Shown: positions 26,128-38,014 of the stretch, one piece after another
Layout: each line of letters starts with the position of its first letter
How positions within the stretch are numbered: position 1 is the first letter of the stretch
Assembly (NCBI GenBank): GCA_051362555.1
Contig: CM120640.1
Location: forward strand, 16,864,001-16,928,000
Direction of reading: 5' to 3'
Length of the DNA stretch: 64,000 bases
Source of the DNA: Lingula anatina
Lineage: Eukaryota; Animalia; Brachiopoda
Program-made: the position numbers and the translations under genes
The notes under the pieces: generated by a model
Told to the model about the DNA's origin: nothing
The model's input: only the letters and a program-made list of their open reading frames with translations
The model's database searches: none

Positions 26128-28027
26128 GCTGCTGAGCATAAACATAATATGCCAATTCCAAAACATAAAATACATTTCAACATAATAACAATCATGAATA
26201 AAATTACAATGAATTATCACACTTACATTTACTAGTACTTCATAGCCACAAGTGTTCTTTTTTTATTTATTCTAAGAAAATATAGTTTTCATTTGATTAT
26301 CAGTTTGTAACAGAGTCATAACTTGGGTAATGTACATTGGGTATTCAATGTTCCTCTCATTAAATTTTACACTATATCAGGGTTTCAGACAGCAGGTATC
26401 TCCATGGAATGTGAAATGATAAAAATAATAAAGAAAATGGGAGAAATATAATTATAGTAGCTTGGGTGCAATTTCCTAACCCCTTGCTACCAATCACCTT
26501 GCTCTGCGACAGAAAAAGACCTCGATACATTAAAAAATGTTAAGTGGCCACTCATTCTATTAAATTCCACTTTTTCTCTAAAAAAACAAACTTATAAAAT
26601 ATAACAAAATGCATGTAAAAACCTTGCCAAAAGCACATATTTACTTCATTTCAATTGCCCGTCTTGCTAACTTAAGACCAGAGTCCAGACATTTCCACAT
26701 ATCTGATATATCAGTTTTGAAAATATTCAATCATAAGAAATACCCATATCTATTCTTTTTGAAAGTTATTATACTTAGAAATAATGATTGAAAGATAAAC
26801 AATGCATTAATTAATATAAAAACCATAAGATTAAACATAGTCATTAGAAAAAAAAGCACTCTAGGTCCTTATAATAACCACCACCAATGAAATAATTGCA
26901 ACACAAAAAAACAAAAAGAAAAAAAAAGTGACTATGTTTATACTCATTAATACTAATCTTCACCAATTGATAAAGCATATGACTTGACAAAGAGTTTTTG
27001 CAAGGCAACTAATAAATTGCACAATCTTCTGCAATACTTTAACAGTGAAGAATAACAAGTGTTAATAATGAGCAACTGAAATGTTTGACTGAAATGTAGA
27101 ATTTGAGAGGTCAAAACTGGTTTGTTCGTAAGCTCAAAGATATCTCTTTGGTTAGCCCAGCAAAAACATGCCACAGTGTGCAACAGTCATGGTATCTAAT
27201 AACAGGGATGCAGCACAGCAGACACTGGGTTAACAGGTTCCAAAGAACTGCCCTTTTGGATGGTCTGATTTGTATCAAAATTTGCTACCAAGTTGGGTGA
27301 ACTGGTGGGGGTAAGAAGTCTATGTTTTCAGAAACCCTCCACCCCATTTGAAATTGGTGGTTTGGCACTGTAGGCTTTTAAAGTTCAAAGGGATATATGG
27401 AATTAAGTTTGAAAGTCCTACAAGTTATATAATTTAGTTCACTCGTGACTCTGATTCAACACAACATTGTTCTTATCTTTGAAAGTTTGTTGCTCAAATT
27501 TTGACACTCAGTGTTGGCCTATATATGTGACATTTAAGATACAAAGCCAATCTTTATAGTCTTGAATCTTAAAAAAATGCCAGACAACCTGGATTAGAAT
27601 CTTGTCAGTGACATTTAAATGGTGAGAATAATACAAAAAACAAACAAACAAACAAACAAGATTGCACTGATATTGCATTGCAAAGGAAAGCCCTTATATA
27701 TACTGTAGCAGCGGAGTGTCGACACTGACAAGCATTTGATGTATACAAGTACTATACACAAATGATTTGATTTTCATTCTTATGACTAACATACCAAGTA
27801 TGAGTACTGGAATATGAACAAATACAGACATTTTGTATAAGTGTTCAGAATACTCCTTTCAACGAGTAACATGACATTACTTTCAGCTTCTCTTAAGACA
27901 AGACATACTTGTATGGGTAACTGCATTATGCAGTGATATTATGCACATAACATGAAGCACAATATTTCAACATTCCTTTTAAAAAGAAGCATAACAATGG
28001 TATTAGTCATTATTATAATTTTGCAGC

Positions 28028-28882
28028 TTAGTGGAATTTGTGTGGACCATATTTACAACCTTGTGGTCTCCTTTTCTGCAACTGATCGCAGCAAATCCAA
28101 TATTTAAAACCCATACAACCAGCAACAACTAGAGCCTCCACAACCTCACCAGGAAGCAAACGACTCCACATGGGAAAATCTACAGGTGGAAACTCATGAT
28201 ACTCACACAGTAAATGTCCTGCATTTTGTTCTTCAGCTATGAAAAACTGGTGACAGCGGGAACACTCTTTAACTGGGGCTTCCTGGCTGATTGGCCTGGC
28301 TCTGAAACGGCTGACTTTGCACATCTCCATTTGCTCAACTTGCTGCTCATTCATGCCACTGAGCCGACCCACTGACTGATATATTTCTGCCTCCCTTTCC
28401 AAAATGACAAGTTTTTGTTTCAACTTGATGTTCTCTTTCTCCATGTTCTCACATTTTTGTTTCCAGTGGTCAATAAGAATCTCCATGTTTTTGTCAGAGT
28501 TCAGTTTCAGATAGGCATTTTCAGTGATCAACCTATCAATTTCTTTTTGGGCTTTTTTGTTTGCTTCCAACAGTTCTTGTGATATGCACACCTTGTTTGC
28601 TGTTGCTTCTTTTTTCAATAAAGCATTTTCGGCCTTCAACTGTTCCTTCTCTATTGTTAATTTTTCCAATTCCTTTTTTACAACCAAGTATTCTTCTGAT
28701 AATTTGAATTCACCTTTCCTCTTTGTCTGTTCAAAGCTAGCACTCTGTCCCACCTCTGATGGATGAAGGGCTACAGTACAACATGCTGTCTTGACTTTCT
28801 TCAAATCTTCATACAAACCATCACATTCCTTCGTCACTCGTTTTAATTCTTGTTCATGTTTGCAAGAATAAAGATCACACAT
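28028..28882 (-). CDS. Uncharacterised 284-aa protein with a long coiled coil and a C-terminal CHORD/Btk-motif-like Cys/His zinc-binding domain, encoded in a single exon
   Basis: Uninterrupted 855-nt ORF from ATG 28882 in AT-rich DNA; heptad-like E/K/L region; C-terminus CSRC-x13-CEYH...YWICC...GCKYGPH; acceptor site upstream at 29003. Confidence 0.8.
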   Translation of the reverse strand: MCDLYSCKHEQELKRVTKECDGLYEDLKKVKTACCTVALHPSEVGQSASFEQTKRKGEFKLSEEYLVVKKELEKLTIEKEQLKAENALLKKEATANKVCISQELLEANKKAQKEIDRLITENAYLKLNSDKNMEILIDHWKQKCENMEKENIKLKQKLVILEREAEIYQSVGRLSGMNEQQVEQMEMCKVSRFRARPISQEAPVKECSRCHQFFIAEEQNAGHLLCEYHEFPPVDFPMWSRLLPGEVVEALVVAGCMGFKYWICCDQLQKRRPQGCKYGPHKFH

Positions 28883-29528
28883 GCTGTGCACAAACAGTCT
28901 ACATACAAATATATTCTTTAGATTAGCTAGGTCAAAGACGTCACTGCTGGCTTGTCAAACTTTGTTTTTATGCAATGTCCTTTCAATTCTCTTAGGCCTA
29001 TTCTGAAAAAAATTAAAAAAAAACATGGAAATTATAAACAAAATACAGACCTTAATTAATACCAGTTCTTTAATGCTTCATAAAATATATGGTCAGTAAT
29101 ACAATAACTAGAAACCAGTCGTTAAACGTTGCCCTCTTCAACAGAAGCAAAATAAATCCTGACATAGAGCTGTACAATGTATTTTCCAAATCTATTTTAA
29201 GGCCTTGAATGAAAACAAAACTTACACAATATACGAAGTTGACAGGTCCTGTAAATAAACAGTACCAAAAGAACTTACAGCGTTCGTGCTCAAGACAACA
29301 AGTGTCACTCTGCTTGAATATGAAGCTGTAAGTTATGTCATATAAATCACATATTTATACTTAATCCGATCGCGGTGCCACAGGTGATCCCACGAGTGAA
29401 GCCGTTTGTTTACTTCCTGGTTGTGTGTGGTTGTTCTCATTCTAAAGGTCAAGGTAACGGCAAGGAAAGAGCCGAGTATAAAATAGTCATACCTGCCTTG
29501 ATTTAGTCGCCTCGCCTTGTATTTATAC

Positions 29529-31641
29529 ATGGATAAATTTATTAGAAAAACCCCACGAGAACCTAGGTCGGAAAAAATCCCTAGGCCAAAGAAAAAGAGC
29601 TTAAAGCAGTCCACAATTGAATCATTACAGGTAAACTGTTCATGTACATTTGTACAGCTTGGAGTTGGACATAATAAATTAACGTACTGAGTATCTCCAA
29701 GTGCACAGTGATTAACTTATTTTAAGTCGGCAGTTATAGTTCTTTTTCTCTTTAAGATAACATAAACTCCCATTCAGAAACACACTACATGCTAATTATA
29801 TTTATCACCTATCACCTTCTTATAAATTTTATTTTAACAAAGTAAAACTGTCACTTACGTGAACTGGGTAGGCAGCCATGTTGCAATCATTCATTCAGGT
29901 CATTCGGCTTTAAAAAGGCCTGAGATATAGCCCTGAAACGCCTTCTGACAGATTTTTTTTTCGAGTATGGGTGCTGGCCAGTGAGTAGTAGAGTTTTATT
30001 GAGAAAATGGGGAACATTGGTGAATTTATTTTTTCCATTCTAATTCTTGTTTTTATTGCCATGTAAGAAGTTAGCACACACACACATAAAAAATTTGCAT
30101 TAGATAAAAGATTTGATTAAAATTCAAAATCATTGAATATATACTTGTGTATTGTTTGGTGCATTGTCAAGGGCAAATTAGACATGCATATGTGCTGGGT
30201 GCTCTCTACCAAAGTATCAAATATCATGCAAGGTTCCAGTATACTGGATGATAGATATTTTGTAGACATTAATTTTACATACATAAATCAGTATGAATGA
30301 AATGATATTTTTCAACTCCAAATCCTCTTTCATTTGACTTAGGGTGTGGTGGTAGTAGAGGATGTATTTTACAGCAAGTCTGTTTTAGAATTAGAGGGCC
30401 AAAGCAAAGAAAAGATACTTGAGACAATGAGCAAATTGGAGGAAAAGATCCCCTCTAGGCAAGTTATGGTAGACACACAGATAGGTAAGTAAATTCCTTT
30501 GTACACTTTTATTAAAATCAGAATGGTAGTGGGAACTCCATAGGGATGACATATTGGAAATGTTCAGAATTGTAACTGCTGTTTTTTTTATTCATCTTTG
30601 ACTGTTTATGAAGCCCAATAAACTGAGGAAATTATGAAATGCAGTTTATATTGCCATAAAAAGATCAAAAGTAATTTTAAACTTTTTTGAAAAAGAATCA
30701 ATTTGACAGAATTTTGCAAACAAGTTGACGGATGTAACAGTTACATATGGCTTGTTTTAGGTCACACAATCAACAAGATGAGAAAACACGAGGACAAAGA
30801 CATAGCATTAGCTGCCAAAAAGGTGTACTTTAAGTGGAAAACTTTCTTCAAGGAGAAAAGAGACAAGCCAAAGATTGAAGTTAGATCTGACCTGAAAACT
30901 GAGAAAATGCGGGAGGCAGGAAGAAAATTTATCAAAGAAGCTCTGGGAAAGGTTGAAATTTCATTCATTTTCTCAAAGTTGAGATTTTAAGCATTTAATT
31001 ACCTTTATTTGTGACAGGAATTTATTAAAAACAACCCTTTTTTAACATCAAATTTGACAGAGAGATCTGTAATTTTAAAACACATGGTTACAGAAACTTC
31101 CTTCAAAATCATGTTATTTTTGGATTTATAGTATGTAATGCAACCATATTATTAGAACACTGGTACATATGAAAAAAAATGTTAAGTAGGGAAGTGGAAG
31201 GCAGAAAGGCAGGAAGAAATGATGGAGGAAACGTTGTTTTGCCTCGGGAGAAAATCTACATATAGTTCTTGGAAACAATTTGTTTTTCATTAATGAATAA
31301 TGAAGGCACTGTTAGTAAATTTCTAAATATTAAAATAATAAGAATATTACAATTTGTATCCATTAAAAACATGACATGACAAATTTTTGGTGCACTGAAT
31401 TTTCAACTTGACCTTTTTTTTGCTCAGTTTTGTCATCTTATACTTTCAGCATCACAAAGGTTTAGCAGAAAACATTGAAGTAGAAACTTTCCAGTGCTAT
31501 AAGAGATTGATAAGTGCAGAATACAAGAAAACTATCAGAAAAATCATATTTACTCTCAGACACCAAGAAGAAGTAAAAAGGAAAACTGTTGCTGGAGAAA
31601 TGAAAGTAAATGACTTGATAAAGTTATGCTCAAAGGCTTGA
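29529..31641 (+). CDS. TCEANC2: Transcription elongation factor A N-terminal and central domain-containing protein 2 (208 aa)
   Basis: Exons 29529-29630 (MDKFIRKTPR...KQSTIESLQ), 30343-30484 (GVVVVEDV...KIPSRQVM), 30761-30951 (GHTINKMRKH...IEVRSDLKTEKMR; weak GTTGAA donor) and 31450-31641 (LAENIEVETF...IFTLRH); 627 nt in frame. Confidence 0.93.
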
Positions 31642-32204
31642 CTGAAAAAAAGATGCTCAACTCTTCTTGGGTGCAAATCAGTATTGTTTGATCTCATGTA
31701 ATGGAACAGTAAGAGAGTTTTCAATTGCATCATCAGTTAACCATTTTAATATGGAATTTTATAATGATGTTAAATTATTTTATGAGAATTTTATGCAATA
31801 AATTATATTTGTATAGTTTTATATATATGGCTCAGGCTTCAGCTCTATTTGCTGTTTGTGTGGTTTAGAAGATGCCTGATGTTGTGCTTTCTCAATGTAT
31901 TGATGTTCTTTTCAGATATTCCTTTCACATATGGGATTTTGACCTGCCCTTTGTTTTTTTTTTCTGCATTTTCATCTTGTTTTTGTCAGCGGGTTAACCT
32001 AATGCTTGGATCTATCATTAACTATCGAAAACTAAAATTTCTAAACTTTTTTTAACAAATACAAAAAGTGGTCTCTTCATTAGTCAGGTTTGTTAGCTTG
32101 TTGGAGAATATAATTTTTTGCTAAACATTGACTGAGACTTCAAATGCGAGTTGTTAGAATATTTCTGGTTGGCCACTTCTTTCTCAATACCTCGTTGATC
32201 ACGT

Positions 32205-32235
<31 letters not shown>

Positions 32236-32287
32236 GGGATGGCTATACCAAAACAACAAGTAAATATTACATGAAAAATTGTCATTT

Positions 32288-32371
32288 TAGAAACAGCATT
32301 TATTTAACTGACCCGTACATCAAACAGTATAGAAACAGCATTTATTTAACTGACCCGTACATCAAATAGTA
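32288..32371. repeat. 42-bp tandem duplication, each unit containing a minus-strand AATAAA
   Basis: tagaaacagcatttatttaactgacccgtacatcaaa(c/t)agta, two copies. Confidence 0.9.
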
Positions 32372-33136
32372 CAGCTGACAAATGCTGTTGTTTCTCTAGG
32401 TTACAAAAAGAGCTACATGGATAAAAATAAAGATGCTCAGCTGTAGGCTATAGCAATTTGCTCTAAGTACAATAAGTTGAACACTTATCAATAAGACTAG
32501 GTTTCAATAAATTAACATAAGAGTTGTAATAAGCCACAACACTTTCAGTCTTCAATATCTCCACTTGATCTCATCATATTGATTGTGCAGCACATGAAAA
32601 GCTGCTGTGAAGTATAAACATAAAAGATAAAATCAATATGCCTGTAAATGCTTATGATGTTCAACAAAAGATCTATATTAACATATAATGCATATTGTGG
32701 CTAGCATACACAAAGGGGTATCAATTAGAAAGGAATGGTATGTTTGATCTGATGAATCTAAATTGTAATTCAAGAACCAATTGCAAAATCTGTGGTTCTT
32801 GCCTTTGTAACAAATAATGGTTTGCCATGGAACAAATTAATGTACTTTTTTAACAGAACTTGAACATAACAGGAGGATGGGCAATACCATCAATAAATCA
32901 ATGAACAATTCCAAGCTTTTACAACTGTACTCTAACAACCCATAATATCAATCCCATGAAATATGACAGAATCTGATATACTACACCCATTTTCTTGTGC
33001 AATTCTACATCCATTCTGATTACAATACCAAATATCTGTCAACATTGGTGTTCTTGTGTTTACATATTAATTCTAAAATTAATAAATATTTTTACAAACA
33101 CATAATACTGCTTGTGCACAAACAACAATGGGTACA

Positions 33137-36100
33137 TCAGTGAGAGTGCAACTCTAGATATTCAATGAGAGTGACATCAGGAGGAGAAAAGGAGTCCAGT
33201 GGGTTTTCCACTTGAGTATGCCTGGCGTTTTCATGATCAAAACCTGAAAATAATTTTTTATACACAATTAAATCTATCTAAAAATAAATTTTATTTGCAC
33301 ATTAAAAACTATGTCATGAATCACTGAACTGCATATGAATAGTGAAAATGAAAAGCAGTGGCTATATTAAATTTTATCATTATGGATTGGGGGAGGGGAG
33401 TGGGAAAGAAAATGAATAAGGGGAATGACTAGAAGACAATGGATCTCGTGTCCATGTGAATTTACAAAATTGAAAAATAACACTGTTATTAAGCCAGTAT
33501 ATACAAATTTTAGAAATGAAAAAAAAAAAAAAAAATCCCTGTTCAACACAAATACGTACTTTTTGAGGACAGACTGAGATACTGGCACACTGCATGTAGC
33601 AACAATCTCTCAAAGGGATTTGCTATCTTTGAAATATAAACAGAATTTTGCCATTCTTTGAAGAAATCTGTTACTTCCTCCTCTATTGCAGATAGGATGC
33701 CCTGGAAAAACATTGGTATAATTCAAGACAAGTTCTAACCCTGCAATGATGCATGGGATAAATTTTACCCAAGTCCATATCCTACAGTAATTTTCCTTGA
33801 AGCTTGAACCCTCTCGCCCATACAAGAAATTACAGTGTTCTGCACAAATGACTAAGGCAAACAGGTTACAGTAGGTCATTAAGGATAAAACATTTACTCT
33901 TTAAATCAAATGAAATCACTTAATTTACCTTTGGAAGTTGTCTTTTACACAATAATCCTCTAAGATTGCTGTCAATTTTCTTGAAACACTCCTCTGCTGT
34001 GAAAGCAGGATGGACTGTAAAAATATTAAATACAATTCAATAACTTTAATGATAAACCTATGAACCTTCAATAAAGAATTCTATTAACATATTGCTTAAA
34101 CAGTAAGTTTAATAAAAATATCCAAATTATGTAACAAGAATGTTCAGCACTAGATGTGTAAAATGTGAACAATCATATTATATCAAAAAATAATTTACCT
34201 GTTCTCTTGTCATCAGCTCCCAACCCTCCTACGCCAGAAAGGGCATTATCTTTTTCATCAGCATCCAAAAAGACTGCATCAGTCACTTCTTCCTCAGAGT
34301 ATTGTTGACCTTGTAAAAACTGCTGCTGTTCCTCTTCTGAATGGTTTATAAAGTCATTCCATGCCTGAAAATACAGAATATTGGGTCTCAATTAACTGCA
34401 AGCTTTGTAAAAACAATGCACTTTTACAACAGTTACTATTCTAAATAAGGACTTTATCACGATTTTTCAAGCTAAAACTTTTAAAACAAGTATAACTATT
34501 AAAGTCAGTTGTAAGAAATGTATTTGTAGTAAGATGTATACCAGATAACACAAGTTACCCTCATTTTTTCCTCTTCTGAGAGAATTTCTCCAAATGCAGA
34601 CATCGTTGGCTCCAAATAGTCATGGATGTCAAGCTCACCAAACTCTTCCTTACTGTCCACAAGACTCAGCAAAAAGTTGACTAAAATAGCCAAATATTTA
34701 AAGGGATAAAAACTCTTCGTTTTGGCCAAAAAATGAATTTTCCTAGAGTAAACAACAATTTTCCCATACTTACCAATGGTTAATGAATCCATTTTTACAT
34801 TCAAAGTTAGTCCCTGGTTTTTTTTCTAAAAAGTTTGGTTTTTTGTTAAAATCTCTTAAGAGATTATAACAGAGTACAGACATCAATGGAGGTCACATGG
34901 TCAAAAGACAAGCTCAGATATCATAATAATAGCTATAACTGCCATTTTTGTGGTAAAACAGAATATATTATATTTCTAGGAGTTGTTCACAATGTTTTTA
35001 TTGTGAAATATAGATATCATATGAAGAGTTATTATCCCTTTAATTGCCTTATATTCAAGACCAGTTATAATTAATTTGATATACTTGCAAATAATTATTT
35101 CAACTGTTTCACAAAATGTGGTACTGAAAGGAAACAGTATCTTCTGAAAATATAATACTAAAATATAGCCATGCCATTTTAATATATTAATTTAATTTGG
35201 TTAGTTTTGCAATTAATTCAATATATTTTACCTTGGATTTTCTATTCAATTTTGACAGAATGTTCTGACAACCAGCCACTGCACGGCAGATCCAGGATTT
35301 TGCTAAGGGGGTGGGGGGGGGGGGTCGAGGGTCGGGGGAGGGATAATTTTGCTTCACTTTGCTAGGCAAATATAAAACAGTCCGTGAGGACAATTTCAAT
35401 ACAATATGTATGGCACTGGGATGAAAAAATTGTTTGTTTTTTCTTATTCTGTTATACTGTTCCTGAGAGGAAGAAGAGTATACCATATAGATCTTATGGA
35501 GGGGACTTGTGCGAGCTATATGTCCTTCCTGGATCCGCCCTAGTTAGCAGATGTCATGTCAAACTCAGAACCAGAGAAGTAGGAAAATTACTAACAATTA
35601 TCCATTCTTCTGCCAGTCTTAGTGCCCTTAACTTTCCTTCCTGAATTTTTGGTCCAGTCCATGGGTTTGGGAGATTTGGGAGGTCTGTGCTTAAACTTCC
35701 TAGGTGACTGGGGGGCTGGGGGTGTTGGCTCTTCTTCACTGCTTTCATCAATAGCAATGATCCTGTTGAAAATTAAAAGCAACAAGAAATGTTAAGACTC
35801 AAAAGCACAAGTGTTTAGTGTGGGAGAAAATATATATCTAAGATTTATGCATAATTCTTGGTAATTAATTGTTTTGTATGGATGAAAAATCCATCTAAAC
35901 TTTAAGCATAATTCCTGGCAATTAATTAAAAAATTAACTAATATGTCACTTCACCTCTCAGACTTCAAACAGAGCTATTGTTATGACCATTATCTCACAT
36001 TTCTTAAAACCTGCAGATCCATCCATCCATCCATCAATTTAACCAATTCCAGCTGTGTCAATAATAGTTAATTCAGGACAACTTACAGATCTACACTTTA

Positions 36101-36447
36101 ACCAGTAAGAAATACATATGTCAAACAAGTGGTGTTAAACTTTAGGTGAGATTTAAGAGCATCGTTCATATGTATTATGAATCTATGGAAGAAGACTAAC
36201 TGTTACCAAAATATTATGCCAATTCATAAGATAATATTTTCAATTTTGCTAAACTATAAAGCCATATTTCAGAGCTTGCATCCCAGGGGTAATGCTGACC
36301 TGGTCATTCAACCTATCCAGATTCAACCTAGTAGTAGTATTACTAAATGTAAACATTGCGATTTAAGACGATCTGTTTCACTTACTGCATTTGATCATCG
36401 TTCGTGGCGTTTCCATACAGTTTCTTTGTCTCGTCGATAACACCCAT
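33137..36447 (-). CDS. R3HDM4: R3H domain-containing protein 4 (283 aa, 7 coding exons)
   Basis: Exons 36447-36386, 35762-35596, 34680-34559, 34364-34199, 34014-33929, 33701-33560, 33243-33137 (852 nt in frame). Motifs: KGTKTGRRMDNFNFLLSL, AWNDFINHSEEEQ, HPAFTAEECFKKID, FERLLLHAVCQYLSLSSKS, ENPLDSFSPPDVTLIEYLE. Confidence 0.92.
34702..35039. mobile_element. Shorter, internally deleted K1 Kolobok-like copy about 20 bp from an R3HDM4 acceptor
   Basis: TTAA|AGGGATAAAAACTCTTC ... GAAGAGTTATTATCCCT|TTAA; the first ~170 bp align with 13674 onward. Confidence 0.85.
35281..35543. mobile_element. Degenerate hAT-like MITE (GGCGGATCCAG...CTGGATCCGCC type)
   Basis: ggcagatccagga at 35285 and tcctggatccgccc ending at 35540; a G-run follows the left end; no clean TSD. 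Confidence 0.6.
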
Positions 36448-36764
36448 GATGAATGTCTCCAAAAATTCTCGGTCACTATGGTCAGATTATACAATAAAAC
36501 ACTTGTGGGATTCACTACTGTCACAACTGGCTGCAATAACCTAGCTAGTAGGTCGTTGACATCCACCCGCCTTTTTTGGCTATAAAAACATTTATTTTTA
36601 ATGTCAAACAGACCAAATTGGAAACAACATGAATTATACAAATATTATATCATTTTTTTGTAAAAGCAACTGGAATTACATTATTGATGTGGTGAAATTA
36701 TGTGTATTAGCAGTGTTTAACACTCATGAAGAGGGAAGCACATCGATTGATTAACTCTCTCGAT

Positions 36765-36821
36765 CACGTGATTGGTAGAGACACGAAACTACAAGATTTG
36801 GATATTCCGCCAGATGGCACC
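36765..36821. promoter_or_regulatory. E-box/CCAAT pair and CTCF-like motif upstream of R3HDM4
   Basis: CACGTGATTGG at about 36765-36775 and CCGCCAGATGGCAC at 36807-36820. Motif match only. Confidence 0.4.
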
Positions 36822-37542
36822 CTGGACTGGATTTTAAACCCGGTGCTCCAAAATTTACTAGTGAGTGCAATATATACCTGTACTAACTACAAAAACAACC
36901 ATATCTGATATCCAGCGGCTTTTATAAACTGACAGCAAATTGAACAGGCTACCTAATGTCAATAGACTTTTTAATTGTGATTGAAATAATATGGGCGCGA
37001 AATTTTGAATAAGAGGCGATCCATAATCAGAACATTACCATTGCCATTACCCACCTGAATGCAAGTTTGGATAGGCCATCTATTTGACTCTACCCTCAGG
37101 GAACTGCCATGTGGGACATCTGACAAAAGGGTTTGTAAGTTTTTTTTCTAGGGGAATATTTTGTTAAGAATTTCATAACAAAATGGGATAATTTCATATG
37201 TAAAAGATAATGTGCAGTCAAATAAAATGTTAGTTTTCTGCCATGCTTGTAGATGATTTTTAAAAATATTATAGTTTTATCCTTAATTATATGTAATTGA
37301 AATAAACTCATCTTTTTAGGAGAAGCATTTTGGTAAAACACTTACTACAGTACAAGTACAGGGATCGAGACCCCCCAAAAAACATCCAAGTGAGTGATAC
37401 CTGATAAAATTTTATTAAATACTACAAAGGTCCACCAAATTTCAGGAAATTTGATAGACTTAAACTTCAATTTGTGCATGATCATTCCCTAAAGTTTCAG
37501 ATATCTTGGTCACTTTCCATTAAAGTACCCTGAGTGTCAGAG

Positions 37543-37571
37543 CAGGGAATTATATCGGATATAATTCCCTG
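37543..37571. mobile_element. 29-bp palindromic micro-insertion (P-like footprint)
   Basis: CAGGGAATTATATC-G-GATATAATTCCCTG flanked by GTCAGAG direct repeats; absent from the homologous site in copy 2 (about 49455-49461). Confidence 0.8.
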
Positions 37572-37799
37572 GTCAGAGCAATGTAAAAGCTAGCGTGCTA
37601 AATATACCTTGTGGTGGAGTCGCTTTTACTAGCACTGAAGACCATCGGCCATGTTAGGTTTCCGTCAATCAAATAGAACTGCTCCGCAGTGAATCTGCAG
37701 TTGAATGTCATCAGACCAAAATAATACGTAAAACAAATTTAATTCTGCTTTATTTAATTTTATTTGCTGTATTTAAGATGTAAAGTGAAAAAATAAATA

Positions 37800-37975
37800 T
37801 CAGAATCAGAATCAGAAGTTTATTGACTATCGCCCTACATCCGGGCATGATCAAATACAAATACAAGAAGTAATCCGCAGAGTGATTACCATATACAGTT
37901 TGATATACATTATATAATGTCTAGACTAAAGCAGGGAAAGTACATGTACTACTCAATAAAGATCAATATAGGGAT

Positions 37976-38014
<39 letters not shown>

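Noticed and set aside
27000-28027. SECIS element supporting selenocysteine at the TGA at 28955
   Set aside because: No convincing AUGA-AA-GA stem-loop seen by eye, and the TGA is not in a redox-type motif; SECISearch3 would be needed to exclude it formally.
30952-31449. U12-type intron in TCEANC2 (weak GTTGAA donor)
   Set aside because: Lacks the RTATCCTT donor and TCCTTAAC branch consensus.
37979-38012. Long A-run as the poly(A) tail of a + strand retrocopy
   Set aside because: It lies inside the 3' UTR of the minus-strand LINE, whose real tail is (TTCTGA)n at 37800.
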